A stretch of DNA of 63,424 bases, counting the filler, from Octopus bimaculoides (lineage: Eukaryota): assembly GCF_001194135.2 (NCBI RefSeq). It is 5 parts of 5 records of this genome, joined end to end, with 100 filler letters (N's around TTAATTAATTAA, not from the genome) between each part and the next. Parts side by side here need not be neighbours in the genome. Positions count along the whole stretch, not along the records: positions 1 to 28,339 come from NC_068981.1; 4 more parts are not named here. The stretch is one strand, 5' to 3'. Below the pieces are notes generated by a model, which had not been told where the DNA came from, ran no database searches, and saw nothing but the letters and a program-made list of their open reading frames with translations. The translations under genes and the position numbers were made by a program. This document shows positions 10,961 through 22,930 of the stretch, one piece after another (position 1 is the first letter of the stretch; the number at the start of each line of letters is the position of its first letter).

Positions 10961-13912
10961 AACTGAAAATGTTAATTGATTTTATTAAAATTCAAACAGC
11001 CTCCAGTTGTAGTATGTTTATTTTACTAAATATAAGGTTACATGCCACTGATATAGATGTAATAGCAGTCAAATATAGTTGAAGAAATACATCTAGGTAG
11101 AAGAAATACATCTAGGTATCATTAGTTCATTAAAGTATTGTTTTTATTTCAGCTAATCTTAATGGGTGAACAAGGAAAGCTGAAAATATAATTTTGGTGT
11201 TGTATTTGCTAAGCAAATATTGAAGGTTCAGAACTTATTATACAACTTGTATTTCCAGCAGCTTGGTTTTATAGCCATATCTAAATTAGATGTGTATTTA
11301 AACATGTTTTTTGATAGAAAGCAGCATTAGCAAGATATCTACTGTTTTAAAATCTCAATACAACAAAAAAAATTCCACACCATAATCTACTAAAGCAGAT
11401 GAAGACCAGAACAGAAAGGGAGTGGGGAACAAAAGACAAAGAAAGAGAGCGTGTGGATATATGTAATCCATTACTGTATATTTAAGAAATAGTAGAATTT
11501 TCAATAATTAAGAACCTTTACTTTTTAAGAAAGGTCTCTCTCCAGTCAAGTTCTATGTTTTTCTTTCAGTTTTATGTTATTGCAGTTTAAGAGCAGTATG
11601 TATTTTAATATATAAATTAGGTTTTGATCCCCTGCAATGTCAGCTTGAGAGAAAACAATAATAATTGCAACGATAAACACCACCTAAAAGTATATGAGAA
11701 CTTCAAGAGATAAGAATTTGTTCTATCTCACAAAAAGGATTAACATTGTTCTAAACATTATTTTTAAAAAATCTTACTGTCAAATAAACTCTACATTAAA
11801 TCCATAGTTATCAATACTCTATAATATAGGTATTAGCACAATCAAAAACTGAGCCTTTAGTTTTTATACTTTTGTTTTTTAAATCCAACAAAAATTAAAA
11901 CAGTTTTAATTGTTTTATTAAATTTAATCTAAGCAAAATCATTAATCATAAGTATTTTGTTTTCAAATTAACTCTACATGAAAGTTGAATATTTAATCCA
12001 GCATTAAAGAACATACATGAAACTTTAATAACACTGAAAGTAAGCCCAGTTTTAAAGTTTTACACACATAAAATCTACAGAAATAGTTTAGTGAAAATTT
12101 TAACTATCAGAAATCCTGGTGTGATTGCAAAGTAGGAGTATGCATTTGTTAATTGGAAAATACACTGCAGTACTCATGAGCATCTAAGATTCCTCTTTTA
12201 TAGAAAATGATGATGAGTTTAGGAGGCTACAGTAGTTGTCCACAAAGGCTTCAAAAGTGCTAGACAAAAGTGATGTGCAAACCTGATGATATTTAAAAAG
12301 AGTACCATAGTTGCTTGCTGTAGTATCAAGATTTCCCTTTTTAGTATCACTACCCTGACTCAGAAGAATGAACAAAACATTGCATATTAAATAAGGCTAC
12401 AACGCAAATGTAAAATTAAATATTTCATTAAAAAAATTTCTGCAACTTCATAATTGCTTTTTGTCATTTTTAAATATTAGCTGAAAAGGGATAATAAATC
12501 ACAGAAAATTGCAAGTCATGGAATCTCTAAAGTGAATTAAAAACGTTGACAAAGTAAGTAAATTAGATTACATATAATTTAGAACATGCAGCATAAGTCA
12601 TAATTTGAAATTTAACTAGCTAAAATTTATATATATTTTTCTGTCAGCACATGCTTTTAATAAGAGAGAACTTTAACTTCATTTACCTAAAAGTTAAAAT
12701 TAGTATCATAAACTAATTTCAAAATTATAAATAACTATTTAATAGAAAACTGCAATTAAATTTGTTTTAGCAAAGTAATGTGAAATATTTTCTTCATATT
12801 TTGTTTACATTTAATAAGTAGCCTCTAAGATTAGTATTATTGATTCTGGATATTTCAATGATAAATTCAATGCTGTAAAAGTTAAGGTGAATAAGAAATA
12901 TGAGATTTAATGAATTTATTACTCACCACCTTTATTTTATATTTTCATTTTATTACTGATTAGAAAGAATGTCAGAGGGAAACGTTTGTGGTAGAACCCC
13001 TAAACTGACTTGGATACATTTTGTAGATCCCTAATTCAATAATTTTATCTCCACTCATCACCAACAATATTACAACTGGCTGCCTTGACCTTATCTAGCC
13101 AGTGAGTTCTGAATGACGCAAAATATGCAATTCTCAATCAAATCTAATAAAAATACAGTTCTTGTCTAGGTTAACAGACACAGATAACAGAATAGAGAAA
13201 ATATTTAATTTAGTATATATCTAGATATTTGTATATGATGCTATTAGTACACTTGTAATAAGATATTTCAATATCATTATCTATGTTATTGTTCTTTTGA
13301 CATCCATACTTCTATACAGACAAATTAAAATCTGTTATTCTATCCAATTTATTTGCTATCAAGCATTTCCGTAATTCAGAGTAACTGTATCTCTTCTATT
13401 GACTATGAAAGTTAGAATATTGATAAGATATCTATATAGCTTACAGTACTTATTTATGGATCATGCCAAAGAAATATTTTCTTGTTTCATGTGCATCTGG
13501 TTGCATATGTATATGAATTCAAGGGAAAGGATATTTCTGAGGTTTACAGCACAGATTGTGCATCTGGCTTCATATTAATGAAGTTTAATCTTAATGTAAA
13601 AAATAACAAAACAAAAAACCCATATCCATTTAGTTAAACACATGATTTTGTACATTTAATAGCTGTATACCATAAAAGCACTGAACATGTTATGAACTTA
13701 CTGACATTTTACTATTCATTTATCAAGTACTTATATTTTATTACATTTTAGCCCCAAAAGTTCAGACAATAACATATAGTTATATGTTGGTTATCAAATC
13801 GACAAACATGCTTTCAGCATTGTGAAATGATTTTAGTCATTCTTAATCTTTGGCTAGGTTTTATACATATTTTTTGTGTGTATTCAAGTATACCACAGTA
13901 CTTTATATATAT

Positions 13913-15108
13913 TATCATCATCGTCGTTTAACGTCCGCTTTCCATGCTAGCATGGGTTGGACGATTTGACTGAGGACTGGTGAAACCAGATGGCTACACC
14001 AGGCTCCAATCCGACCCGGCAGTGTTTCCACAGCTGGATGAGCTGGATGCCCTTCCTAACGCCAACCACTCAGAGAGTGTAGTGGGTGCTTTTACGTGTC
14101 ACCCGCACGAAGGCCAGTCAAGCGGTACTGGAAATGGCCACGCTCATCTCGCTCGCGAAACNNNNNNNNNNNNNNNNNNNNNNNNNNNNNNNNNNNNNNN
14201 NNNNNNNNNNNNNNNNNNNNNNNNNNNNNNNNNNNNNNNNNNNNNNNNNNNNNNNNNNNNNNNNNNNNNNNNNNNNNNNNNNNNNNNNNNNNNNNNNNNN
14301 NNNNNNNNNNNNNNNNNNNNNNNNNNNNNNNNNNNNNNNNNNNNNNNNNNNNNNNNNNNNNNNNNNNNNNNNNNNNNNNNNNNNNNNNNNNNNNNNNNNN
14401 NNNNNNNNNNNNNNNNNNNNNNNNNNNNNNNNNNNNNNNNNNNNNNNNNNNNNNNNNNNNNNNNNNNNNNNNNNNNNNNNNNNNNNNNNNNNNNNNNNNN
14501 NNNNNNNNNNNNNNNNNNNNNNNNNNNNNNNNNNNNNNNNNNNNNNNNNNNNNNNNNNNNNNNNNNNNNNNNNNNNNNNNNNNNNNNNNNNNNNNNNNNN
14601 NNNNNNNNNNNNNNNNNNNNNNNNNNNNNNNNNNNNNNNNNNNNNNNNNNNNNNNNNNNNNNNNNNNNNNNNNNNNNNNNNNNNNNNNNNNNNNNNNNNN
14701 NNNNNNNNNNNNNNNNNNNNNNNNNNNNNNNNNNNNNNNNNNNNNNNNNNNNNNNNNNNNNNNNNNNNNNNNNNNNNNNNNNNNNNNNNNNNNNNNNNNN
14801 NNNNNNNNNNNNNNNNNNNNNNNNNNNNNNNNNNNNNNNNNNNNNNNNNNNNNNNNNNNNNNNNNNNNNNNNNNNNNNNNNNNNNNNNNNNNNNNNNNNN
14901 NCAATGATCTCGCTCGAAAGATTTCATGTGTTGCCCGCACATGAGCCAGTCCAGGGGCACTGGCAACGATCCCGCTCAAAACATTTCATGTGTCACCCGC
15001 ACAAGAGCCAGTCCAGGGTCACTGGCAACGATCTCGCTCGAAAGATTTCATGTGTCGCCCGCACATGAGCCAGTCCAGGGGCACCGGCAACGATCTCGCT
15101 CGAAAAAC
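13913..15108 (-). mobile_element. SINE-like retroposon with (GAT)n tail, a conserved GTTGGCGTTAGGAAGGGCATCCAGC domain and an internal 62-bp tandem array
   Basis: Tail GCATGGAAAGCGGACGTTAAAC(GAT)n on the minus strand. Homologous copies lie at 22931, 60315 and 15661. It spans an N-gap at 14162-14901. Confidence 0.8.
14902..15105. repeat. 62-bp minisatellite, at least 3.3 units, probably continuing into the gap
   Basis: Units start at 14902, 14964, 15026 and 15088 (CAAYGATCYCGCTCGAAAGATTTCATGTGTYRCCCGCACAWGAGCCAGTCCAGGGGCACTGG). Confidence 0.93.
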
Positions 15109-15159
15109 ACATATATATATATATATATGTATGTATGTATGCACACACATACATATATG

Positions 15160-15660
15160 TTGGGTTGACATGAAAGTAATTTCGTTTTTTGCAAATAGAT
15201 AAAGTTAAGATTTTTTTAACGACTTTTGTTAATGCTATGATTTTTTTTTTTTAACTTTTGATAGCTGTTACTTTTACCTTACTTTAGATGCAATTGGTGC
15301 ATAATTTTGTTTACAGCTATTAAGTGCCAATTTTAATATGGAGCGCAAGAACGAAATTTTCGCCATATTTTACCTTTTTATTTCTGTAAAGGTAAGAAGG
15401 CTGCTGAGGCTCAAAACGAGATATGTGAAGTTTATGGTGTTGATTGCTTAAAAGAACGCACATATTAGAAATGGTTTTAAAAATTCTGTTCTGCAGATTT
15501 TTCATGCAAAGATGACAAACATTCTAGTTGACCTACTGAAGCTGATGATGATCGAATCAAAGCCATATTCGAATCTGATTGTCCTATAACTGTGTGACAG
15601 ATTGCAAAGAGGTTAAAAGTATCACAAGCAACAATTGAAAATCACTTAAACTGTCTTGGG
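15160..15660 (+). mobile_element. mariner transposon 5' end (TIR and N-terminal HTH domain), decayed
   Basis: TIR-like TTGGGTTGACATGAAAGTAATTTCG. From the ATG at 15338: MERKNE.FRHILPFYFCKGKKAAEAQNEICEVYG...KWF.KF..ADFS.KD...IAKRLKVSQATIENHLNCLG, with stops. Confidence 0.88.
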
Positions 15661-15751
15661 AGTCTGGTGTAGCCATCTGGTTCGCCGGTCCCCAGTCAAA
15701 TCGAACCCATGCTAGCATGGAAAACGGACGTTAAATGCTGATGATGATGAT
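15661..15751 (+). mobile_element. 5'-truncated 3' tail of the (GAT)n-tailed SINE, directly abutting the truncated mariner
   Basis: CCCATGCTAGCATGGAAAACGGACGTTAAA..GATGATGATG is the reverse complement of 13913-14005. Confidence 0.85.
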
Positions 15752-15841
15752 GTATATATATATGCATATATATATACATGCATATATATACATATATACA
15801 AATATATATATACATATATTTATAAATATACAAATACATAT

Positions 15842-16202
15842 GATGACCGTCCACTCATGACCGAGGAAGACCATTGCCGACCTTCAGGAACATTGTGCAC
15901 TCTAGCACTAACTTATATTTTGCATTTGCGGCTCTGTTGGTGGCTATTGAGCCCTGCTCTTGACAAGCATACACGACTGCAAACATTGCAGACCAAGCTT
16001 TCCCCATTCACTATACGAGCTGTGTGCTTTCGCGCAGCTTGCTTAAGTTCTTCATGCTGGATACGTGCTCTCTCAAAAGTGTCGATCCCCTCCTTAACCT
16101 GCTTCCTCCATCTGTGGCGATGACAGGCATTGTTCTCCCAGTCAGTGTCCTGCAACAGTCCTTAAATCGCAGCCTTGGTTTCTGCCGGAGTTTTCTTCCA
16201 TT
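15842..16202 (-). mobile_element. RTE (BovB-like) LINE 3' end
   Basis: WE..ACHRHRWRKQVKEGIDTFERARIQ...LVCNVCSRVCLSRAGLNSHQQ has a C-terminal CxxC..H finger. A short 3' UTR ends in (CAT)n. Confidence 0.85.
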
Positions 16203-16847
16203 NNNNNNNNNNNNNNNNNNNNNNNNNNNNNNNNNNNNNNNNNNNNNNNNNNNNNNNNNNNNNNNNNNNNNNNNNNNNNNNNNNNNNNNNNNNNNNNNNN
16301 NNNNNNNNNNNNNNNNNNNNNNNNNNNNNNNNNNNNNNNNNNNNNNNNNNNNNNNNNNNNNNNNNNNNNNNNNNNNNNNNNNNNNNNNNNNNNNNNNNNN
16401 NNNNNNNNNNNNNNNNNNNNNNNNNNNNNNNNNNNNNNNNNNNNNNNNNNNNNNNNNNNNNNNNNNNNNNNNNNNNNNNNNNNNNNNNNNNNNNNNNNNN
16501 NNNNNNNNNNNNNNNNNNNNNNNNNNNNNNNNNNNNNNNNNNNNNNNNNNNNNNNNNNNNNNNNNNNNNNNNNNNNNNNNNNNNNNNNNNNNNNNNNNNN
16601 NNNNNNNNNNNNNNNNNNNNNNNNNNNNNNNNNNNNNNNNNNNNNNNNNNNNNNNNNNNNNNNNNNNNNNNNNNNNNNNNNNNNNNNNNNNNNNNNNNNN
16701 NNNNNNNNNNNNNNNNNNNNNNNNNNNNNNNNNNNNNNNNNNNNNNNNNNNNNNNNNNNNNNNNNNNNNNNNNNNNNNNNNNNNNNNNNNNNNNNNNNNN
16801 NNNNNNNNNNNNNNNNNNNNNNNNNNNNNNNNNNNNNNNNNNNNNNN

Positions 16848-16884
<37 letters not shown>

Positions 16885-16929
16885 TATATATATCACTGCT
16901 AGCTCTGCAAAAACTAGGAAGAAATGAAA

Positions 16930-17270
16930 TAACCATGTTCTGCTGAATGTGCAATGTAAGTGTGCATGAATAACCGAGTATAAATGTATTGAGAGAAAAA
17001 CTGGGCAGAAGAGGAATCAAATGTTGTGCACAAGAAGAGAGAAGTTGGTGTTGGTATGAGTATATGATTGTTTTAGATAAGGACACTTGTGTAAAGGAGT
17101 GATGATTCCTGAAAGTAGATGGTGCCTGTGAAAGAAGGGGACCCAGGAAGATGTGGGATAGAGTGGTGAAAGCTGAGCTGAGGATATTGAGCTTTAGGAA
17201 ATGACAAAAGTTTGAGATAGTTAACAATACACAGTGCTTGAGAAGACCTACCCAACTATGCTAGCATAAC
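16930..17270 (+). mobile_element. Decayed RTE/RTE-X-type LINE 3' fragment
   Basis: CNVSVH...VLREKLGRRGIKC..QE..R.WY..M....D.CVK...L.VDG.C.RGRPRK.WD.VVK..L...LEKT, followed by CCAACTATGCTAGCAT. Confidence 0.7.
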
Positions 17271-18554
17271 ATAACTGAAATTCAAAATGTATAATGTGTT
17301 TGTTCACAACTGAGGTGGTGGAAGCTTGTGTATGCACCCTAGATATGTTTCTTGAATTTTTATATTTTGCAAAAATCATCTTTCTGCTTTCTTGGCACAT
17401 TCTTCCATTTGTTAATCAATGTTTTAGGATTGTCTTCATTTGATGCAGTTCATAGTCTTAGAAGTTCTGTTTCCATACTCATCTGCTATGACATTTATTT
17501 CCATGCTTTTCTTTGTTGTTTTGGTGCAGTTTAGGGTTTGATTTGTAGTTTATGTGGTAAAATTATTGCCATTTTTCATAAACATCTACTTTGTTATTAT
17601 TTTCTGTCATATTACAAAAGGTAAATTTTCTAGCCATCAGATGTTTGTATGTCTAATTCTACTTTTAGGTACAAGAAAAACCAAAGGTTATTAGTTTATC
17701 AAAGAAAACAATAACTGATATTCAAGTAAACATATTAAAAAGTGGGTTAAAATTTACCGATACCCTACAAAATTCCAACTTTTCTGACATGAAAAATAAA
17801 ATAATAGAATTCTATTAAAAACTCAGACTAGTCAAGCATTTTTTTGAAAGCGATTATAATGATGATGAAAAGCAATTTTTGTTAAAAGAACGGGAGGAAT
17901 AATACCTTTGACACTGTGATAACACAATGAATTTCCCAACTGAATTGAATGAAAATAGGAACATAAAATGAAATTTCTCAAGAATAGAAAAATGTGAATG
18001 ATCTACAAAAAGACATTGAAATTACAGTTTATGGAGCTGATAAAGGTAGTGCTGTTGTTATCATTGATACAAATTACTATAAAGAACTTGTTTTTAAAAT
18101 GTTAGAAAATGATAATTACTATGACAAAATAGACAAAAATAAGCATCTTATCATAATCCTGCTTGACATTGCATTACTTAGCCCATAGGTAATGCTTTCC
18201 TGTGATTAGAGAAAAAGAGAGAGAAAGAAAAGAAAAAGAGGGAGAGAGAAGTGTCCATGATGAGAGATAGAGGGAATGTAATTGTAATGCTCACACATGA
18301 TTAGTTGAAGGGAAATAGAGGAGAGAGAAAAAGGGGATAAGGCAAAGGGTGAGACAGAAAGAAGAAGAAAGAAAAAGAGAGAAAAAGAAAGACAGAGAAA
18401 AAGAGGGCGAAAGAAGCATCCATGTTGTGAGGTAGGAGGAACATAATATTTATAACATGATTAAAAATGTTAGTTGGCAATAGAGGAGGAGAGTTAAAAA
18501 TATAATTTTAGCAGAGGGGTGATGCTCTGATGATGAGGTTAAAGAAAGAATGAA

Positions 18555-18712
18555 AGAGAGAGAGGAGGGAGAGAAAGAGAGAGGGAGAGAAAGAGAGAGG
18601 GAGAGAAAGAGAGAGGGAGAGAAAGAGAGAGGGAGAGAAAGAGAGAGGGAGAGAAAGAGAGAGGGAGAGAAAGAGAGAGAAAGAGAGAGGGAGAGAAAGA
18701 GAGAGGGAGGAG
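18555..18712. repeat. Polypurine minisatellite (GAGAGGGAGAGAAA)n, about 10 units of 14 bp
   Basis: Directly visible, and embedded in a wider GA-rich tract at 18210-18720. Confidence 0.9.
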
Positions 18713-19564
18713 AGAGATGATGATGGTGGTGATGGAGATAGGATAGTGAAAAGTGTATTTTTTAAAAATTGAACTATGTTTTTTTTATATCACTTAACAC
18801 ATGTACATAAGTACAATTTTGTGAAATATTCATGCTTATTTATATGGTAGATATATGCAGTTTAACTAAAGGTTGTATCATATGTATGAGATACTTTTTT
18901 TGTTTATGGGGAAAATGGAAAAATAAGAGTGAATATTTTATGAGTGTTGTGTATTCAGTTTATAAAATTGTGCATAAAGTATATAAAGTGTATATATAAA
19001 GTGCATTAAGTAATCATTGTATTCCAATTTCTTTCACTTTTCAATGAGTAGCAGATGAGCGATTGTCTTTCCATACACACAACACAGACTACACTTCAGG
19101 TTTTTTGGATAACATTTTCAGAAATAACCCAGTAAGTTTACTGTTAATTCTGTGAAATATCCATGGGCCCCACTAGTTCAAAAATAGTTAGAAATTTTTA
19201 TTGAATAAATTGAATATGTTCTGTAAATGTTGGACTACTAAAAAATCTTATTATGAGTAGTTTCACATGCAAAACCAGCAATTTCTATAACCTACCCAAA
19301 ATACATAAAAAATTAAGCTAAAAGTAATGCGTTTTAACTCTAAAATTAAATATATCAAAATAACATCTCCAAATGATTTTAAATTAAGACTGATTATAGC
19401 AGCATACCAAAACACATAGGCTAATTTTTTGGACATTTTTTTAAAACCCTACTTAAAACTATACAGAGTTATATTTATAGTGATCTAGATAAATTGGAAA
19501 ATTTACCGAAAATAGTTAGCCAAGATACAGCTATTGTTTCTCTTGATGTTGTTAATTGATATAT

Positions 19565-19820
19565 CAACTAGCTGTTGGTTGCAATGATGAGTGCTCCAAT
19601 TCATCTAACCAATGGAACATCCTGATCATGAAATTAACGTGCAAGTGGCTGAGCACTTCACAGGTACATAGTTCTCAAGGAGATTTAGCAGGACACAGAA
19701 TGTGACTAGAGCAATGTAAAATAAAGTGTCTTGTTCAATGATGCAACATGCTGGTAGGTATTGAACTCATGACCTCATGATTGTGAGCCAAATACCCTAA
19801 CCACTAAGCCATGTGCCTTC
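19565..19820 (-). mobile_element. tRNA-derived SINE (family of 55837-56222) inserted in the PLE RT with an 11-bp TSD
   Basis: TSD AATTGATATAT at 19554-19564 and 19821-19831. It shares CATGAAATTAACGTGCAAGTGGCTGAGCACT and CCCTAACCACTAAGCCA with the 55.8 kb copy. Confidence 0.85.
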
Positions 19821-20974
19821 AATTGATATATTCATCAATACACTAATATCCTTTATGATTACAGAATCAATGTGATTAAATATTTACTTAATACATAGTA
19901 ATTTGAGTTAGCAGAACATATTGAGTAAAAACTTCATCAACGGTGAACTACGATTCATATTATGAAACAATTATTTCATATTTAATGGCATAGCATACCA
20001 ACAAATATCAAGGAAGGTGATGTGATGGGTGCTAAAGTTGCTCCTACTTCTGCCATCTTAGTAATGGGTTACTATGAGAAGAAAATTTTACACATATTTA
20101 ACCCTTTTGATACCAACCCACCCAAGACAACTCCTGGTTCTATGATATTATAAAGTGTTCTAAATTAAAAGCTTCTGTCAAAATTTCATGCTAATTTATG
20201 TCCCAAACATCAGTTTAATAATGATAGTCATTTAATAAAATTGTTCATTATTTAAAAGATAATGCATTCAACAGAAATATGGTAACAGAAGGGTCAAAAG
20301 ACAACTAGAAAACATATGTAGGTTACTGTTGCATTCAATGGCAGGATAATTTTGAAGTTATAGAATTTGAAAATTTTATTAAAGCATTAACCATAATATT
20401 TAGTTCATGATGAATTTCAATTAGTGGGAACAGTTAATTTTAATTTTTTTCAAGTATGAAAGTAGGAACAAGTATCTACGGATCCAAAGCAGTATCTTCT
20501 TTTCACATCCCGTCACCATAAACATACTATGAGGGTAATGAGTTAGTGCTGAAAGGAGATGTGAGGCACTGGAAGTGAAGGAGAGTGTGATGTCACATAA
20601 CAAAGTGGGTCTTTCAATCTGTTTATTTCTTCAATTGCCAGCCAGGGGCAACAGATTTGCATAGTGAGTTCTGGTGTATTGTACATTCTGACCAGCAGGT
20701 TTTGGATTAGTGAGAGTGTGCAAGGCTGCACATTGAGTTTCAGTCAGAGTGTTGAGTAGTTTCCTTTTTTTAAAGTTTGTTTTGTCAGCTCAAGGTAAGA
20801 GCCTTTATTTTGCCATCTTTTATACCATGCATGCAATATTGAATATTCTATGCAAGCTTGCAAAATGAATTTCCACTGTTCTATCAAATACAAAATCTGA
20901 TCAAAGACTGAATGAATTGAATAACATACTTATTCAAAGAGCATTTCCACAAATAGAATTGAAAGAGCAAAATG

Positions 20975-21180
20975 TATATGTTTTCAAGATCTAAGAAAAT
21001 CAGATAGTGTGCAGCAGAAAAGACTGCACTAATATGGTTATGTGATGCATATGGATGAGAATAGCTGTATAAAGAAGTGCTAATCACTAAATGTGGATGG
21101 AACCTGTGGAAGAGGAGACCCAAGGAAATGTAGGACAAAGTAGTGAAGACCAACCTCAGATTGTTGAGCCTCACAATTCT
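20975..21180 (+). mobile_element. Second decayed RTE/RTE-X-type LINE fragment, nested in the PLE
   Basis: VQQKRLH.YGYVMHMDENSCIKKC.SLNVDGTCGRG.PRK..DKVVKT, the same family as 16930-17270. Confidence 0.7.
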
Positions 21181-21501
21181 CTATGCTCAAGAAAACCTGT
21201 CTCAACAAAAAAGAAAGTCCTAAAAATATACCATTAATGTTTCTTCCCCCACTACACAACTTCCTAATACCCCATTCCTCCATCATTCTTCTAACTGTAG
21301 CACTATTTACTGAATTGTTGTAATTACATGAGAGCAGAACTACACATTTTGTACCAGCACTTATCCTCCTCCTTATAACTACTTCCTTTTCCACCTATCC
21401 TTCATTCTCAATATCATCCCTTACCACTTTATTTTCTACTGACCAACTCTTTCTTCTGAACAGCCCTGAACATTGAAACTCTGTGTATGTGTATCTATCA
21501 A

Positions 21502-21532
<31 letters not shown>

Positions 21533-21545
21533 GTATATATATATG

Positions 21546-21594
<49 letters not shown>

Positions 21595-21951
21595 NNNNNN
21601 NNNNNNNNNNNNNNNNNNNNNNNNNNNNNNNNNNNNNNNNNNNNNNNNNNNNNNNNNNNNNNNNNNNNNNNNNNNNNNNNNNNNNNNNNNNNNNNNNNNN
21701 NNNNNNNNNNNNNNNNNNNNNNNNNNNNNNNNNNNNNNNNNNNNNNNNNNNNNNNNNNNNNNNNNNNNNNNNNNNNNNNNNNNNNNNNNNNNNNNNNNNN
21801 NNNNNNNNNNNNNNNNNNNNNNNNNNNNNNNNNNNNNNNNNNNNNNNNNNNNNNNNNNNNNNNNNNNNNNNNNNNNNNNNNNNNNNNNNNNNNNNNNNNN
21901 NNNNNNNNNNNNNNNNNNNNNNNNNNNNNNNNNNNNNNNNNNNNNNNNNNN

Positions 21952-21983
<32 letters not shown>

Positions 21984-21988
<5 letters not shown>

Positions 21989-22161
21989 CATGGAGAAGAA
22001 ATAGCTGTGATGAACAGGTTTTAAAGCCACGAGTGATGCATGTGATGTAAAAAAATTGGTAGTACAGATAGAATTTAACTATACAACCAATTTTTTACAC
22101 CACATGCATCACTTTTAGCTTTAAAACCTTTTCATCATAGCTATTTCTTCTTCATGTATTT
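21984..22161. repeat. Fold-back inverted repeat with arms of about 80 bp
   Basis: AAATACATGGAGAAGAAATAGCTGTGATGAACAGGTTTTAAAGC..AGTGATGCATGTGATGTAAAAAAATTGGT pairs with 22082-22161. The loop is about 17 nt. Confidence 0.88.
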
Positions 22162-22930
22162 TGCTAGCATCTCATCACATTTATCTCCTCTCTCTTGTGG
22201 ATCTTACCAGTTTCTTATTCTTTGGACACTCTATCAAACTTTCTGGACCTTTTACCAGTGTTGTGTAATTTTTAACCAATTTGTTTGACTTTTCTCTTCA
22301 CAGAATTTATACATTTTCTCTCTTTTTCAAATTTTAGTTTAAACTTACCCTTTTGTTAAAAGCATTTCACATTCTCATATAATTTTGTAATAAACTTGCA
22401 CACATACCAACTATACCAACTACAGACCCTACCACCACCTTCACCACAATACCCTTGCCAGCCCCTAGGCTTTACCAATATCTTTTTTCCCTTCAGTCAC
22501 ACCTGCTCTCACCTCACATACATGCTTTCAGTTAATGATTATACAAATACCTACTAACCTATGCTACAACACTTCCACAACCCAACATACATATATATAC
22601 CACATTAAACACAAACACACACACGCACACCACTGACTCTCTGCACCTTATGACTACTTCCAGACAGGGATACATTCTTATACCTGTCTCTACACATCAG
22701 TACATTCCTCCCTTAACTCCCCCACTACAGAATCATATTCCCACCTAGTTTCTAACTTTTCACCTGTTTTTCTTTTTTTCTCTCTGTCATTTCATTGCTT
22801 CTCTCTTCTGATGAAAATGTTAAGCTGCTTTCTCTTTCTATTAAAGCATTAAAGCTTTAGTTGTTAACCCTTGTTCCTTCTGTGTTGTCTTTTCTTTTAT
22901 TTTCATTTTCATATATATATATGTGTGTGT

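Larger units (their letters stand above)
17669..21260 (+). mobile_element. Penelope-like element (PLE) RT, shattered by nested insertions
   Basis: Collinear fragments: VISLSKKTITDIQVNILKSGLKFT (17669+), ADKGSAVVIIDTNYYK (18035+), TSNFYNLPKIHK..LRLIIA..FLKP..IVSLDVVN.Y (19275-19564), YTNIPYD..NNYFIFNG..MGAKVAPTSAILVMGYYE (19845-20080), TDPKQYLLFTSRH.KH (20485+) and DQRLNELN.IL..RIERAK (20895+). Confidence 0.82.

Noticed and set aside
12184-12375. 63-aa minus ORF or possible 72-nt exon (GSDTKKGNLDTTASNYGTLFKYHQ)
   Set aside because: The donor is weak (GTTTGC), there is no recognisable homology, and nothing supports it.
14902-15105. CRISPR-like appearance of regularly spaced repeats (also 62386-63082)
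   Set aside because: The units are contiguous with no unique spacers and no cas genes, in a eukaryotic context.
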